Of a DNA stretch of 64,000 nucleotides, positions 1 through 11,116 are shown piece by piece. This stretch comes from Lingula anatina (taxonomy: Eukaryota > Animalia > Brachiopoda). How positions within the stretch are numbered: position 1 is the stretch's first letter; the number at the start of each line of letters is the position of its first letter. A model generated the notes under the pieces. The model made no database searches. It saw nothing but the letters and a program-made list of their open reading frames with translations, and was not told the origin of the DNA. Position numbers and translations under genes: made by a program. The stretch spans positions 22,382,001 to 22,446,000 of the forward strand of contig CM120646.1 in assembly GCA_051362555.1 (NCBI GenBank), given 5' to 3'.

Positions 1-2145
1 GAGTGATTCATGGTGTTGTTTGTCAACAAGACGGTGTTTAAAAAGTACCGCAAAGCTTCTGAAAAATCGTAGCAAAGATTTAAAGATCACATGTGTTCAT
101 CGCAGCCAAACTCCTGTTTACCTTTCTATGCCAAATTACACGGTGAAGGCACATTAAATCGTGCTAGTATTCATAATGCAATAAGATAAGAATTTTTGAC
201 AGACGCAGTATTCATAGCTACGTTGGTTACTTATGAAGCACAATTGGGTCATGACTCCATTCAGACGGAGGTTAAATAATGGTATGGGATTCCTTTATGA
301 TATGCCATGTAAGAAATGACTTTTGAATCCGATTCGGGACATGGAGCGTGTAACACTGCATAACACACTACAATGATCACTAGGGCCGATACACCGGTAG
401 GCCTATAGATTTCTGGCCTCAGACTTTGTCGCCTATAACCTGCTTATTATATATTTTATTATCATTTTTAGAGGACAATATTCTCATCACTTTCCATTCA
501 GAGCTCTTCGCTCCTACTTACTATGACGAATTATATCAGAGGAATGTTATTCTTTCAGTGGCATCAAAATGAGTAAATACTAATACAATGTTAAAATGGT
601 ATACATATATAATATATCAATACCCTTGGGCCCATATATCCCTGCAATTGAATGGGTAATTGGGAGGACCTGAAAAAATATCTGGTTTCCTTTGCTTTAA
701 GCTGAGGTTGAATTTCTACAGCTGGGTCTGAGACTGAACCAAAGCAATGAACCGAACTAAGCACCGACTTCGGCCTCTGGCCCCTTTCACGTAGAGCGGT
801 TCATTTTTTTGTGCCTCTCCAGTTTGAAAGATTGACAACTTAACTGTCTGGCTATTAACTAGTGTAACCAATATACTAGTAGTCACCTTACCGGAGCCTG
901 CCCCCCCCCCCCCTTCCAAGCTCGACACGGCCAGTTAACCGGATGGAATTTAATTGGTACATTTGTAATTGTGAAAGGGAGTTAAACCCCCTTAACGAAA
1001 TTACATGTTCCTGCTAAAGGGCAGTCAAACTACATGTAGTGTGGTTTAGAGCATTGCACCGCTCCTAGTGAAAATGGCCGTAATTTTTGGTAAGAATAAC
1101 TAGGACCCCTTTTTTGTCTTTTCGGGTCACGATGCCACAGATAGATTTTTTAGACGAGCGCAAACACTGCCAGCTGTGAAAATGACCTTAATTTGGCTTA
1201 TTTATCGGTGGAAATCATTTCTCATGTAGTGATCCCCTCCACCCCCCACCCCCCCCCACCCCCCAATAAACTTTTAAGACGACAAAATTTCCACGCTTTT
1301 CATTCAGAACTCTCCTCTCCTACTTTTCCTTTATAACTACAACAGAGGAATGTTCACCTTTCATTTGTCACAGAGTATGTCAACACGCGTACAATATGTA
1401 AATAGCAATACAATAGCCCTTCACCCGGACTCGCCGCCCGCCACTGAAAGGGTAGTTGGGAGGAGCTAAAAAATACCTGGCTGCCTTTGCTTGGAGCTTT
1501 GTGTTCGCCACAAAGGCCTGAAATCCTATAGCTGGGTGTAAACTGAATCAATGAACTAAGTCCTTAGGCGAACTGAAATGTATTTCTCTGTAAGAGTCAT
1601 TACAGAGATACTTGATATATATATATATGCAACCCATTATTTTTTATCGTGATTCTTCTGGCGATGTGGCGAGACGGGGTGGGGGTAAGGTGGGGTTTTC
1701 TCGTTCCCTTTCTATTAAGTATGCGGCAGTTTCATAAATATTTGCAAAAATTAAACATACCAAATGAAAGATAAAAGTGTTTCATATGACTAGTTTACGT
1801 GTTATCATAAAAGTAGGGAAAGTTTCTATGGTGTTATATGAAGTGGTATAAGTCGCGAATGACTGTCTCTTTCCCCTCTTTTATTAATGAAAAAGGAGAA
1901 AAAGAGTGATAGAATAAGATGTTGACTTCGATCAAATGAGTCACAAAAACATTCATCTGCCTAGTGAACGGGGTTGTGATCAAGAAAAAAAGTGAACAAA
2001 AGTGGGACGAACAGTGACGTCAGAATCAGGGGGGATGTCAAACAATTCATGGCCTCGTCGTCCTGATACCGTCACCGCGTTTAGGTTTTACAAATGTACT
2101 TGACCTGAGCGGAACAGATAGAGCACCAGACCGTTAGACCAGTTA

Positions 2146-2181
<36 letters not shown>

Positions 2182-3221
2182 GCCTGCCAATGGTGCTAGC
2201 CTGCTTGCTGGATTTATGTGCATGTGTTCTATATGCAAAAAAAGGCCCCGTTTAAATTTCGGATAACAATTGACTGGCATTATAGGTACGTCTATAAAGC
2301 ATGTTGATAATATTGACTCTAGGCATATTTATTTATATAGAAATACCGTGCCCCGTTCGAGTTAAGGAAAGGAGAAGGAAGGGTCAGAAATATCTGCAAG
2401 ACTTCAAAAACGCATAGTGTTTTTATACTTGAATTATTGTTTAAGAAAAGTGAAGATAAACAAATTTAGGAAAGAAACAAAGTAAGAGCAGATTCCTATT
2501 GAGGCATAAGTATCAAATGTCACTTCTCTGTATGGAGAGGGTTACGGTCGGTAAGATTGCGTTTGGTGCGCCAAATATCAAATGCCACAATCTCGAGAAT
2601 GCTAGCGGAGGGATAGAAAATTCATCCATTTTATCTATTTTTAACATTTATTTTAAATAATTTTAAGGTTATTAATGCTAGTTTTGTACCTATAGTTGAT
2701 ACGCATTATTTATGTGTTCTTTACGAACCCCCTCGTTGATAAATTCATAAGTGACAGACATCCTCCACACTCCTCGACTTTGAATTTTCCTGAACTTTTC
2801 TTTTTACTTTCATACGACACGGCTCAAGAAACGTTAAATTATTCCACTGCTTTTTTATTGGTTATCATTCTTCAGACACTTTCTTAAATACAGTAGTACA
2901 CAGTGTCGATAAAAATTAGTGATACATGCTCCATATCAAATGTAGAATGTGAGGGACATATTTAACTAAAAGTCCACACTAAAGATCAGAGGTTACGAGG
3001 ACAGATTTCCTTTTGTTTTTTAAGCGTTCAGCCTCTCTGAAATATGATTTTATAACACCTGATCTTTTCAACGGTTCAACAGCATTAAGTTTAACATTGT
3101 ATGGAAGAAATTGGGTATAGAGTCACATTTGTTACGATTCATTAGAAACTGTCGCATTATATATCATTTTATCCGTGAGTGAAGAGTTCTTACTTGTTTA
3201 GATGTATCATGTGTGTGTCTT

Positions 3222-4271
3222 TTAAAGTGTATGTGTAATATGTAAGTGCTTCATAATATTGTTGTATAGCATCAATGCATCTTTGGGTTTTGTCTTCTTG
3301 CCGTGCTTCTTGTTATGATTCTTAGCTTCACTGTCAGTTCGGGAGGGCGTGGAACAGATGTTGACGAGGGAAGTGCTCGACGTTGTCAGTCCGCGGTTGA
3401 TTGCTTGTTCGCATTTCTTCACCAGCCTGATATCCGAAAAGGCGGAGAACGGATCCACGCCTTCCTCCAGAGCGTACTGCACTTCGAGAAGGTCCACGAA
3501 GTTGCAGAACTTGGACTTGCTCAGCGCTGGTTGGCGTGGCTGTGGAGCAGCAAGCGGCCTCCCAGCGACCTCCTCATCACACCGATACCGAGCTGAGTAA
3601 CCGTCCTCGTCCGACCAATCCGAGTCGTTATAGCTGTGGTCTGAGTAGTAGCTGGAACCCGAGCTTGACGCGACACGCCTTACGGGCGGCGGTTCGATAG
3701 TGTCCGTCTCGTCCCAAATGTCCGCCAGTTGACGCAAGGCCGCGTCACGAGCACGCTTGGCCCCGATCTGCCATTTCTTGGTGGCTGTCTTACCAACCAG
3801 CGTGCTCCCTTTCTCCCTTACCTTCTTCACTCTCATGTGAGCCAACTGACCGAGAGCGCTGAACTGTGTCATGGTCGTTTTGAATATGTTCAACAAAATA
3901 TCTCGCTGGCGAGTTTTTTCTCTGTACTCCCAAAGTTGCTTCATGTACAAATCATCCGCCATTCCCTCCGATTCATAGATGGTGAAAAACCGGTCCCAGA
4001 AAGCGTCCAGGTATCTTTCCCTCTGTATAAGAGGGGTTTGGTAGCCGTGGCCTGGTGCCTGCGTCAGCCTGTGCCACACGTTCAGAACTTTGTTGTCGCA
4101 GTAAGTCTCCGAAAGGTCTGTTGGTTTTTCTGTCATGTCATAACCCCAATCCTGGATCAGTTCCTCAACACTGAGGTCGGGCGGCCCAGGATGACAGCGT
4201 ATGAAGGCGTCCGGGAGATCGGCTCGTTTTTCAGATGGCATGCGACTCTGCGCATCCGTGGATTTCAAACG
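3222..4271 (-). CDS. Uncharacterised gene, large terminal coding exon (349 codons + stop)
   Basis: Long, GC-richer ORF (3222..4280 in the track). The acceptor ttttttatgttaaag|CGT at 4272 is phase 0, matching exon 5. Alternatively a stand-alone ORF from ATG 4280. Confidence 0.8.
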   Translation of the reverse strand, partial: RLKSTDAQSRMPSEKRADLPDAFIRCHPGPPDLSVEELIQDWGYDMTEKPTDLSETYCDNKVLNVWHRLTQAPGHGYQTPLIQRERYLDAFWDRFFTIYESEGMADDLYMKQLWEYREKTRQRDILLNIFKTTMTQFSALGQLAHMRVKKVREKGSTLVGKTATKKWQIGAKRARDAALRQLADIWDETDTIEPPPVRRVASSSGSSYYSDHSYNDSDWSDEDGYSARYRCDEEVAGRPLAAPQPRQPALSKSKFCNFVDLLEVQYALEEGVDPFSAFSDIRLVKKCEQAINRGLTTSSTSLVNICSTPSRTDSEAKNHNKKHGKKTKPKDALMLYNNIMKHLHITHTL

Positions 4272-7200
4272 CTTTAACATAAAAAATAGACATTAAAAAA
4301 TAGACATTGGAATATGGAACATCTTAATCAAACAGCATTCTTATTTCGACGATATTTTAACAAACCTGTGGCAATTTACATCAGAAACAAAGTATCTTTT
4401 ACAGTGGCTTTTGAATACGTTACCACGGTTTTATTATTTAGATTTTAGTCATCAACATTGTCTTCTGAAAACTTATTGTAACATATATCACATTTACATT
4501 GCACACAGCTCTGACAGACATGTAAAGCACGATTTCTTTTAATAGCTTATTATTATTATTATTATTATTATTATTGAGATAATATGGCATAGGTATACAT
4601 GTACATATATACAGACTTGACATTTAATATGGAATATTTTTTCTAAATCATTATTCATTAGTTTTTTTCCTATTTTGCAGACTGATAAATAAAAATAAGG
4701 ATTAAAATCGTGTTTTAATAACTTTTGATAAAATGTTCTATGTCATTGCGACATCAGTTCTTTAATTGACTTCGCCAGTGAAGCAAACAAAAATGCATTG
4801 CCAATTTTAAGTCATGCGACAACCATTGAAAGCGATATTTTGGATCTCCATATCTTCCAAACTATCGTCTTTAAAAGAGTTCAACGACACACAAAGGACC
4901 CTCATGTCAGTGTCTAGTCACAGTAACAGTTGCTGCTATGCCTGACCTTATCTTCCTGCTACCAGAGCTTTCAAGAGGCAAGGCATTTCTTGCGATAGTT
5001 TTTTAGAATTTAATCTGGAATAAAATTCCAGTCAACGGTTAAAACTTGTCCAATTTGGTTCAGTTTTGTTGTAGGACATGCAGGCCGTTGATTCGGCGAC
5101 TATTGACCGAACCACATATTGTCAAAGTGGTTCAAATATGGCGATTTTGATGACCAAGGTAGCTGCTTATTCATTTGGTTCTGTAAGTTATCTGCTATAA
5201 AAAGCTCTCTGTGTGAACCAGCAATCTGATCCTGCAACCTAAAACTGTTCCTAAGGTGCCCCCTATCAAATGATAGTCAAGTGGTTCCCAGATTATTCCT
5301 TTATTTGATCTGGTTCAGGTTTTCATCGATGACTTCCATTGGTGTTTTGGCACCAATGTGGTATCAACTTCAAATATTGACGCTGTCAATGGCCCTAGTC
5401 ACTTCAGAAGCGGCACACACCTTGTCGTAGGCCTCTTCAGGATGTCTGTAAACTCTTTTTTGACCAATTTAGCGGTACAGGTGAAATCTGACCTCAATAA
5501 AGAAAACAACGCGATTTCAGTGTTCTACCCAGATACGGTCATGGTCCCCAATTCATTAGAGAAACAGACTACGCTGTTTTGCTGTTTACAGTGGCTTCCT
5601 CAGAGGTCGCCTAATATCCTAACCTGCTGAGACCATTTTGGTCTTCGCTTAGCGCCTTGAAAAACGCGGTTTGGTGACAATTTGCCCCTCATTTAAAACG
5701 GACTAGGTGGTTTTGGTTTAATTGTAGCAGCATTTCCTGAAGGACATTGAGTCCTGTATCCTGGTGGTAAGATATCGATACATTGGACGTGTTGTCTGTG
5801 TGGGTACATAACCCTGGGCATTACTCTATGAAACTGTGCGGACAGTTCCGTTTGGGGCAATAATCTGTCTGGCAATGTCTGTCTTTTTCGCGCCATTCTG
5901 GCACAGCTTAACGATTTTGATAAACAATGCTTAACTCATTTTACGCACTGCAAAACAGACCGCTTGCATGCAAAATTTTAAATTCTTCTATGCAATGGTT
6001 GCCGACATATGGATACATTTTTGACAGAACCATGCCTCGCCAAAGCCAAGCTTTGGCCAGCCCAAAGGAGCACTACCCAATTAAATCACTGCATATTACA
6101 CAATGCAGCAATGCATCAGACTTGGTAATCAGTTAATTGGTAGAGACACACCTGTTTTCACACTTCTCCTGTCAGATATCTTAAATGAGATCTGAGTTTT
6201 TTCAATAAAGAACGCATTTTTACCTAGGTATACCTTTAAAACTGAAATATTCCATATTAAATGTCAAGTCTGTATATAGTACCTGTTTGTCTCTTGCGGT
6301 ATCCTTGCGATCATGGCGGGGCAAAATTTCTGGAGTCTTCTCTGAACTAAGAAATTTCTCTGTCTTCTTCTCTGCTGAAATGTTATACATTTGCAAAGTT
6401 CGAAATTTCATAAAGAAGTTTCATAAAAATGGAGAGTAAAAAGAAACTACCAATGATTTGTATGTCGTATTTCTTTCGCCAATTGATTTGTTTCTTATCT
6501 AACACGAGCGTGTAAAGTTTATTTCAATAAAAAAAGAACAGTGATTGCATGCGACCAAACATCACCTTCAAATTCCTGTTTTCGTTTTATCTCTTCACGC
6601 TGACGCACGACAGGCGGCGCTGTTGGCTTTTCTCTTACCGTCGCGGGATGCGAATCTCTCTCGCCTGTTTTGTGATCAACTGACAACGGTAACGTTGGAC
6701 GGCTGATGAAGTACTCTGACTCTTGCCCCGTAACGCTGGAAATTGTGAAAGAATTTTCCAAAACATTAGACAGTCATATTTATTTTCTTTTCATAGACGC
6801 ATACGTACAGCTTTTAGCTGAAATAATTTTAACTATACTACATATACTATTGGTATGTGAGGTAGCAATATTAAAAATCAAACCAAAATAAATCAATTCT
6901 TCCCACCTCTTACTCACATAAAACAATCTCATGTTGTCAGCAACCTATGGTTAAAGAAGATGGAGAGATTATCCTGTGACGAGCTTCACCTACATTTGAT
7001 TAAAATATCAGTTTTCATAGCTAAAAGTTTTTTTTTTTAATTGACACTTCTTTATGTCTTACTCAGTCTGATCCTTGCTCGATGATTTTCCTGGTACAAA
7101 CGGAGACGGCAGGCGACTAGGGGCAACTTCATAGGCTTCCTCGTCGGTTGACGAGCCGTGGTCACTAAAATATAAAAAAAAGTTGGTATTTTACTCGGTG

Positions 7201-7310
7201 TACACGCAGGAGTCTAGTTCATTTTCAGTGCACAAGCAAAAAAAGTGAAGAGATATGAATTCAACAAGGTAAAATTATTATTATTATTGTTGTTATTGTT
7301 ATTGTTGTTG

Positions 7311-7341
<31 letters not shown>

Positions 7342-7899
7342 TCCTGCTGCTGCTGACGATGATGATGATGAAAAATCAACACAAAAAAAGGAGGAAACGG
7401 CAGACACTTGTTAGATCAAACCTTACATTATCTTCTGGTGCCGTCGCAATATGCGAGGTTTACGGCGTCTTCGCCTTGCCGCGCCATCTGTCTCTCCGGG
7501 CTTAACTTTCTTGGCGACCTCTGAAGTTCCCGTACCGCGTTCTACATCGGTCGTCACTTTGGTCACTTTCCCGCCGCCCAAGATAGTTTCTGGCTCGTGG
7601 GGTGTTTTCTTCACACCGTCTTGGGTCGACTCTTCACCAAAGGCAAGGCAGGGGGTGGCAGGTGGGCTGACGGGGGGTGGAGTCGCAGGCTGGGGCAGTT
7701 CTGGGGTGTCCTTTACTGCAGAACTGACTTCGCTGGAGTGAAATTGGTCATGACGGTTGTAGATAGAAATTACATACTGTCAGTGTACATGTATAGTACT
7801 AATAGTCAGCAATTTATTTTAGTTAAAACTAACCAGTGAAATCATTAATAAATTAATGTATATTTCTTAATGGATCCACAGTGTTTTTATTCCCTTACT

Positions 7900-7946
<47 letters not shown>

Positions 7947-8514
7947 ACAAATTGAAATAAAATAAGCAAACGCTTCAGCATATCAATGTACAATCAAAAC
8001 TATGTCTAAGCCTTAATCACCGTTCAAGTATAATTACTCACACGTTTTCCCTTTGCCTGAACTGTATATTCGGTTTCATCGTCGCCTCATAATCTTTGAG
8101 GGTATCGTCAGTTGTCTTTTTAACTGTTGGAGGGATTTCACCACTTTCTGCCTCGACCGCCGCAGTTGCCTCTGTCACATGTGGTGAATCCACAGCTTGA
8201 CTTGGGTAGGGAGAACTCAAACCTTCCACTCTCTTTTCTAAGGACTCCAATTTGTGTTTCAAAGCCATCACTTCCTCAATTAATTTAGCTTGGTCTCTGA
8301 GCATATTTTCCACGTTTACTGTACATGTACAGGGATGTGTCGTGGCTGGCTGGGTTGACGGTTCGGTTTTCTTTGCTGATGTCTTCTCACTGAATTCTGC
8401 CAACCTTTGTTCATATCCACGACTCTGCACCGAGGGTTTAACCCGGCCACGAGGTGCTGAAGAGTCTGCTTTCGAGTCTGTCACGGGGCGAGATTTGTGC
8501 TCTTTAGTAGACAT
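3222..8514 (-). CDS. Uncharacterised ~730-aa protein, 6 coding exons (N-terminal coiled coil, long Pro/Ser/Thr/charged disordered region, basic NLS-like stretch, helical-looking C-terminal region)
   Basis: Exons 8514-8042 (473 nt), 7732-7427 (306), 7164-7063 (102), 6735-6566 (170), 6374-6283 (92), 4271-3222 (1050). All introns are GT..AG, and phases 2,2,2,1,0 join the fragment ORFs into one open frame of 2193 nt. A likely non-coding upstream exon ends at 8875 (CAG|gtaagc). No family recognised. Confidence 0.75.
4940..5940 (-). mobile_element. Degenerate Tc1/mariner (Tc1-like) transposase fossil in the last intron of the uncharacterised gene
   Basis: Minus-strand translation across stops and frameshifts gives Tc1 motifs in the correct order: HTH-like IVKLCQNGAKKTDIARQI; RRPLRKPL (~5612-5589); NRVVFFIEVRF (~5517-5485, cf. 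V.FSDESRF); GQKRVYRHPEEAY; SVNI*S*YHIGAKTPMEVIDENLN (cf. SVMVWG); FRLQDQIAGSHR (cf. FQQDNA..H); LPWSSKSPYLNHFDNMW (~5165-5112, cf. WP.QSPDLNPIENLW); DWNFIP...EMPCLLKAL. Confidence 0.85.
6283..6374 (-). CDS. Uncharacterised gene, coding exon 5
   Basis: Acceptor tttcag|; AEKKTEKFLSSEKTPEILPRHDRKDTARDKQ; donor CAG|gtacta (phase 0). Confidence 0.6.
6566..6735 (-). CDS. Uncharacterised gene, coding exon 4
   Basis: Acceptor tttccag|; VTGQESEYFISRPTLPLSV...EEIKRKQEFE; donor G|gtgatg (phase 1 matches the next exon). Confidence 0.65.
7063..7164 (-). CDS. Uncharacterised gene, coding exon 3
   Basis: Acceptor ttttag| after a T-tract; DHGSSTDEEAYEVAPSRLPSPFVPGKSSSKDQT; donor GA|gtaaga; frame preserved. 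Confidence 0.7.
7275..7370 (+). repeat. Compound trinucleotide microsatellite (TTA)n(TTG)n(CTG)n(ATG)n
   Basis: Directly visible; intronic; produces the spurious poly-Leu ORF 7245..7505. Confidence 0.95.
7427..7732 (-). CDS. Uncharacterised gene, coding exon 2
   Basis: Acceptor ttcactccag|, Pro-rich PQPATPPPVSPPATP, basic RRRRRKPRILRR, donor AT|gtaagg. Confidence 0.75.
7901..7945 (+). repeat. (TTA)n microsatellite
   Basis: Directly visible; a shorter (TTA)n lies at ~4548-4573. Confidence 0.9.
8042..8514 (-). CDS. Uncharacterised gene, coding exon 1
   Basis: ATG at 8514 (MSTKEHK...), heptad-like MLRDQAKLIEEVMALKHKLESLEKRVEGL, donor GT|gtgagt. Confidence 0.75.
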
Positions 8515-8621
8515 ATTTTAGTTACTAGAATTTCTTCAAACCGTTTCTTTTTTCTGAAATTACATGTTTATGTATTTTATTTGTTAATCTATTTATTTGT
8601 ATATTTGTTTTAAAAGTAAAC

Positions 8622-8624
<3 letters not shown>

Positions 8625-8718
<94 letters not shown>
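8625..8718 (+). repeat. (CT)n(CA)n compound microsatellite
   Basis: Directly visible; the same compound type recurs at 24845-24910 and 57355-57418 (reverse orientation) and at 28063-28141. Confidence 0.95.
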
Positions 8719-8719
<1 letters not shown>

Positions 8720-9104
8720 ATTTCTAACTGATCTGCATCGAGGTTAAAACTAAATCTTAAAATAGCAAGACCCTTAGATCTAGATCTAGACTTGACTTGA
8801 TACATGAGATGATCTTCCATAGTGCCTAACTTAGTTTTTTCTAAATAATGGTATGCAAAAAAATGTCCGCTTACCTGAGTTATTATTGAGCTTAATGGAA
8901 ACAGCTCTAATCAACCATGTAACATACAAAAGCAGCAGAAAGAAGTCAAATGAGATCGCGTCAATGACGGCTTGAGGGAGCGGTTCAACAAAAGTGGATG
9001 CACTCATTCCAAGGCGCTGTTATCATGTATTGTACGTCCATCACCCATGTCTCACTTGTGTCTCACACGATTCTTCACTCTCAAATTTGTTTTTGTCGGT
9101 AGCG

Positions 9105-9144
9105 ATTTCCATAACGACAGCGTCTGTGATATTGTGACGTCACA
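9105..9144 (-). promoter_or_regulatory. Candidate proximal promoter motifs of the uncharacterised gene: RFX X-box-like site plus CRE
   Basis: Minus strand 9118-9105 = GTCGTTATGGAAAT (13/14 to GTHNYY-AT-RRNAAC). Perfect 12-bp palindrome TGTGACGTCACA (CRE core TGACGTCA) at 9133-9144. Both lie ~250 bp upstream of the donor at 8874. Confidence 0.4.
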
Positions 9145-10930
9145 GTTGGTGGCACGCACACCTCGATGTAAGACAACAAGGTAACTTAAATTGTCAACTA
9201 GAAGCAACAATGAACCCGCTTATTGTTACTATATCCTGCGATAATGCAACGTCATTTTGTGATATCAATCAATGGAGAGAACAAGGATGTAGATCTATAG
9301 AAATGTTTCAGGTTACGTTTTAAAGCTTATTATGTGATTATTATGAGGCACTGTCAGGGGTTGGTTTGGGAATTTTTTATAATCTGTGTCATTACCCCGC
9401 CCTTACAATGGGCAACTTCAGGACTACTTATTATGGGCAAGAGACAACTGGTAAAAAATCGCCTAAATACTTTATTTTTCACAGAAGGACATATCTCAAT
9501 CGCTTACTGATATCCGTAGACGAGTTAAGTCGCTGGTGATGCTATAGTTTCTAGAATATCCCGTCCTATAACGTCTTTTCGTAAACAGGTATGGACTTTA
9601 TCATATACTGTTCATTAATAAAGAATTAAAGAAAGGAAATGAATAAAAAAGGATCATCGGAGAAAGAAAGAAAAACATGATGGATTAATTGGTTATACAC
9701 GTACGAATAAAGAAGTACGAATAACCCCCCACCTCCACCACCCCCCCCCACCCCCAACCTTCTTATATTTAGCATTTTACATTGTGAAGTTTATCAGCTA
9801 TTTACTCCCATTTGACGTGAAATTAAACATCTATTTCTATTAAATTACAACTTGAACATAAAATCCATGATTATCAAGGCCCACAGTGTTACCACCAAAA
9901 ACAGGAGTTTCATATGTGTCTCAATATACCCACCAATTTCCAGAAAATTGCTCTACCGAGATTGACTTTGGCAATTTGGCGCTCAAAAAAAAAAGGTCAG
10001 TGTAACCCATGTCATGGTTAAATGAACACGCGGTTGTTCACGTATACATTTGTTTATTTGTTATGAATCCGAAATGTAATCAGGGGTTACATAACCTCGG
10101 CCAAAGGTCAACAAAAAACATTTCCTTCTTTTTATTTCATTCTATTTATTAATTGATTTTATAGATTAATTATTTTATTTGTACTTTATTTATTTCTTTG
10201 GGGACGTTTATTATTTTAAAAGGTCGGCAAAACACATTTTATCAACTTTCTCTTTTCACGTTTTTTCTTGTTGTAACTGCATTTTGATCAAAAGCTGTTA
10301 TGTTTTCATATTATCCAGTCCATTTTACCCACCCCTCCCCCAAAAAAAAGAAAGAAAAGAAAAGAAAAGAAAAAACACCGCCTTAAAAAGCAACTAATAA
10401 GTATTTCAAATACGTTTACTGCATTTAATACTTTTTATGGAAACGCGCACGATAAACGAGCTCCCAGCTGAGAACAAACGACTTAACACGCGTTTTCTCC
10501 ATTCTGGGATGGGAGGCCGACCGACTTCAACTGGGGAGAGGTAGGTTTACGTTTTTAGGTATCATTTAAATAACTATCGATTCCTTTGTTTTAATGCAAT
10601 AGAGGAACGTTATTTTTATACCTCTAAAAATAGAAAAACAAACTTCTTTTATAGACCAAATGAAAATAGATAGTCCTCCCTTAGGCGCATCCTTTAGGTT
10701 GGGTGTTTTCTTTCACTATTTCTGTATTTTTAAATTATTTCTATTTCCGTGACTCGTGGTTTTACATGAGCAATTCTTTTTATTGTGGTATACAGTATTT
10801 GAGCTACCAGCCTTCCGTCTGATTTCCCTTTACTCTGTACTGACCTCACGATTTCGACACTCGTCAATGGACCTCTGCGTCAGCGGTTTGACAGTCTTGC
10901 GTCCGGTTTACGAAGAAAATTTTATTAAGA

Positions 10931-10940
10931 CATATAAATG
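10931..10940 (+). promoter_or_regulatory. Candidate TATA box of the serine protease gene
   Basis: CATATAAATG ~110 bp upstream of the ATG at 11041. Confidence 0.35.
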
Positions 10941-11040
10941 CGTGTCCGGGTTGTAAGGTCTCCATTTCTCATTTATACCACGCATTTTAGATCGAGGGAA
11001 GCCAGAACAAAACAGACACGGGACCACTCAACATTACACG

Positions 11041-11116
11041 ATGAGGACGACGTCGGAGTTAAAATGTTTAGAAATAATACTCTTAGGGCTTTTATCTTTG
11101 ACGGCGTTAGTAACAG
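11041..11116 (+). CDS. Serine protease exon 1 (signal peptide)
   Basis: [25 protein letters not shown], donor G|gtaagt, phase 1 matches exon 2. Confidence 0.75.

Noticed and set aside
712-1560. Similar segments CTA(C/T)AGCTGGGT...ACTGAA...AATGAAC at ~715 and ~1525
   Set aside because: Too short and diverged to define an element.
3303-4277. Plus-strand ORFs of 83-182 aa
   Set aside because: Antisense shadows of the GC-richer minus-strand coding exon; no motifs.
6224-6241. Possible micro-exon or extension of exon 5 of the unassigned gene
   Set aside because: It would need a ~41-nt intron or would break phase with the terminal exon; unsupported without transcripts.
7245-7505. ORF with ~28 Leu resembling a signal or TM peptide
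   Set aside because: Translation of the compound trinucleotide microsatellite in an intron, antisense to the real gene.
8525-8820. CV/ER dipeptide-repeat ORFs (also near 13.5, 24.8, 28.0 and 38.9 kb)
   Set aside because: Dinucleotide microsatellite translations.
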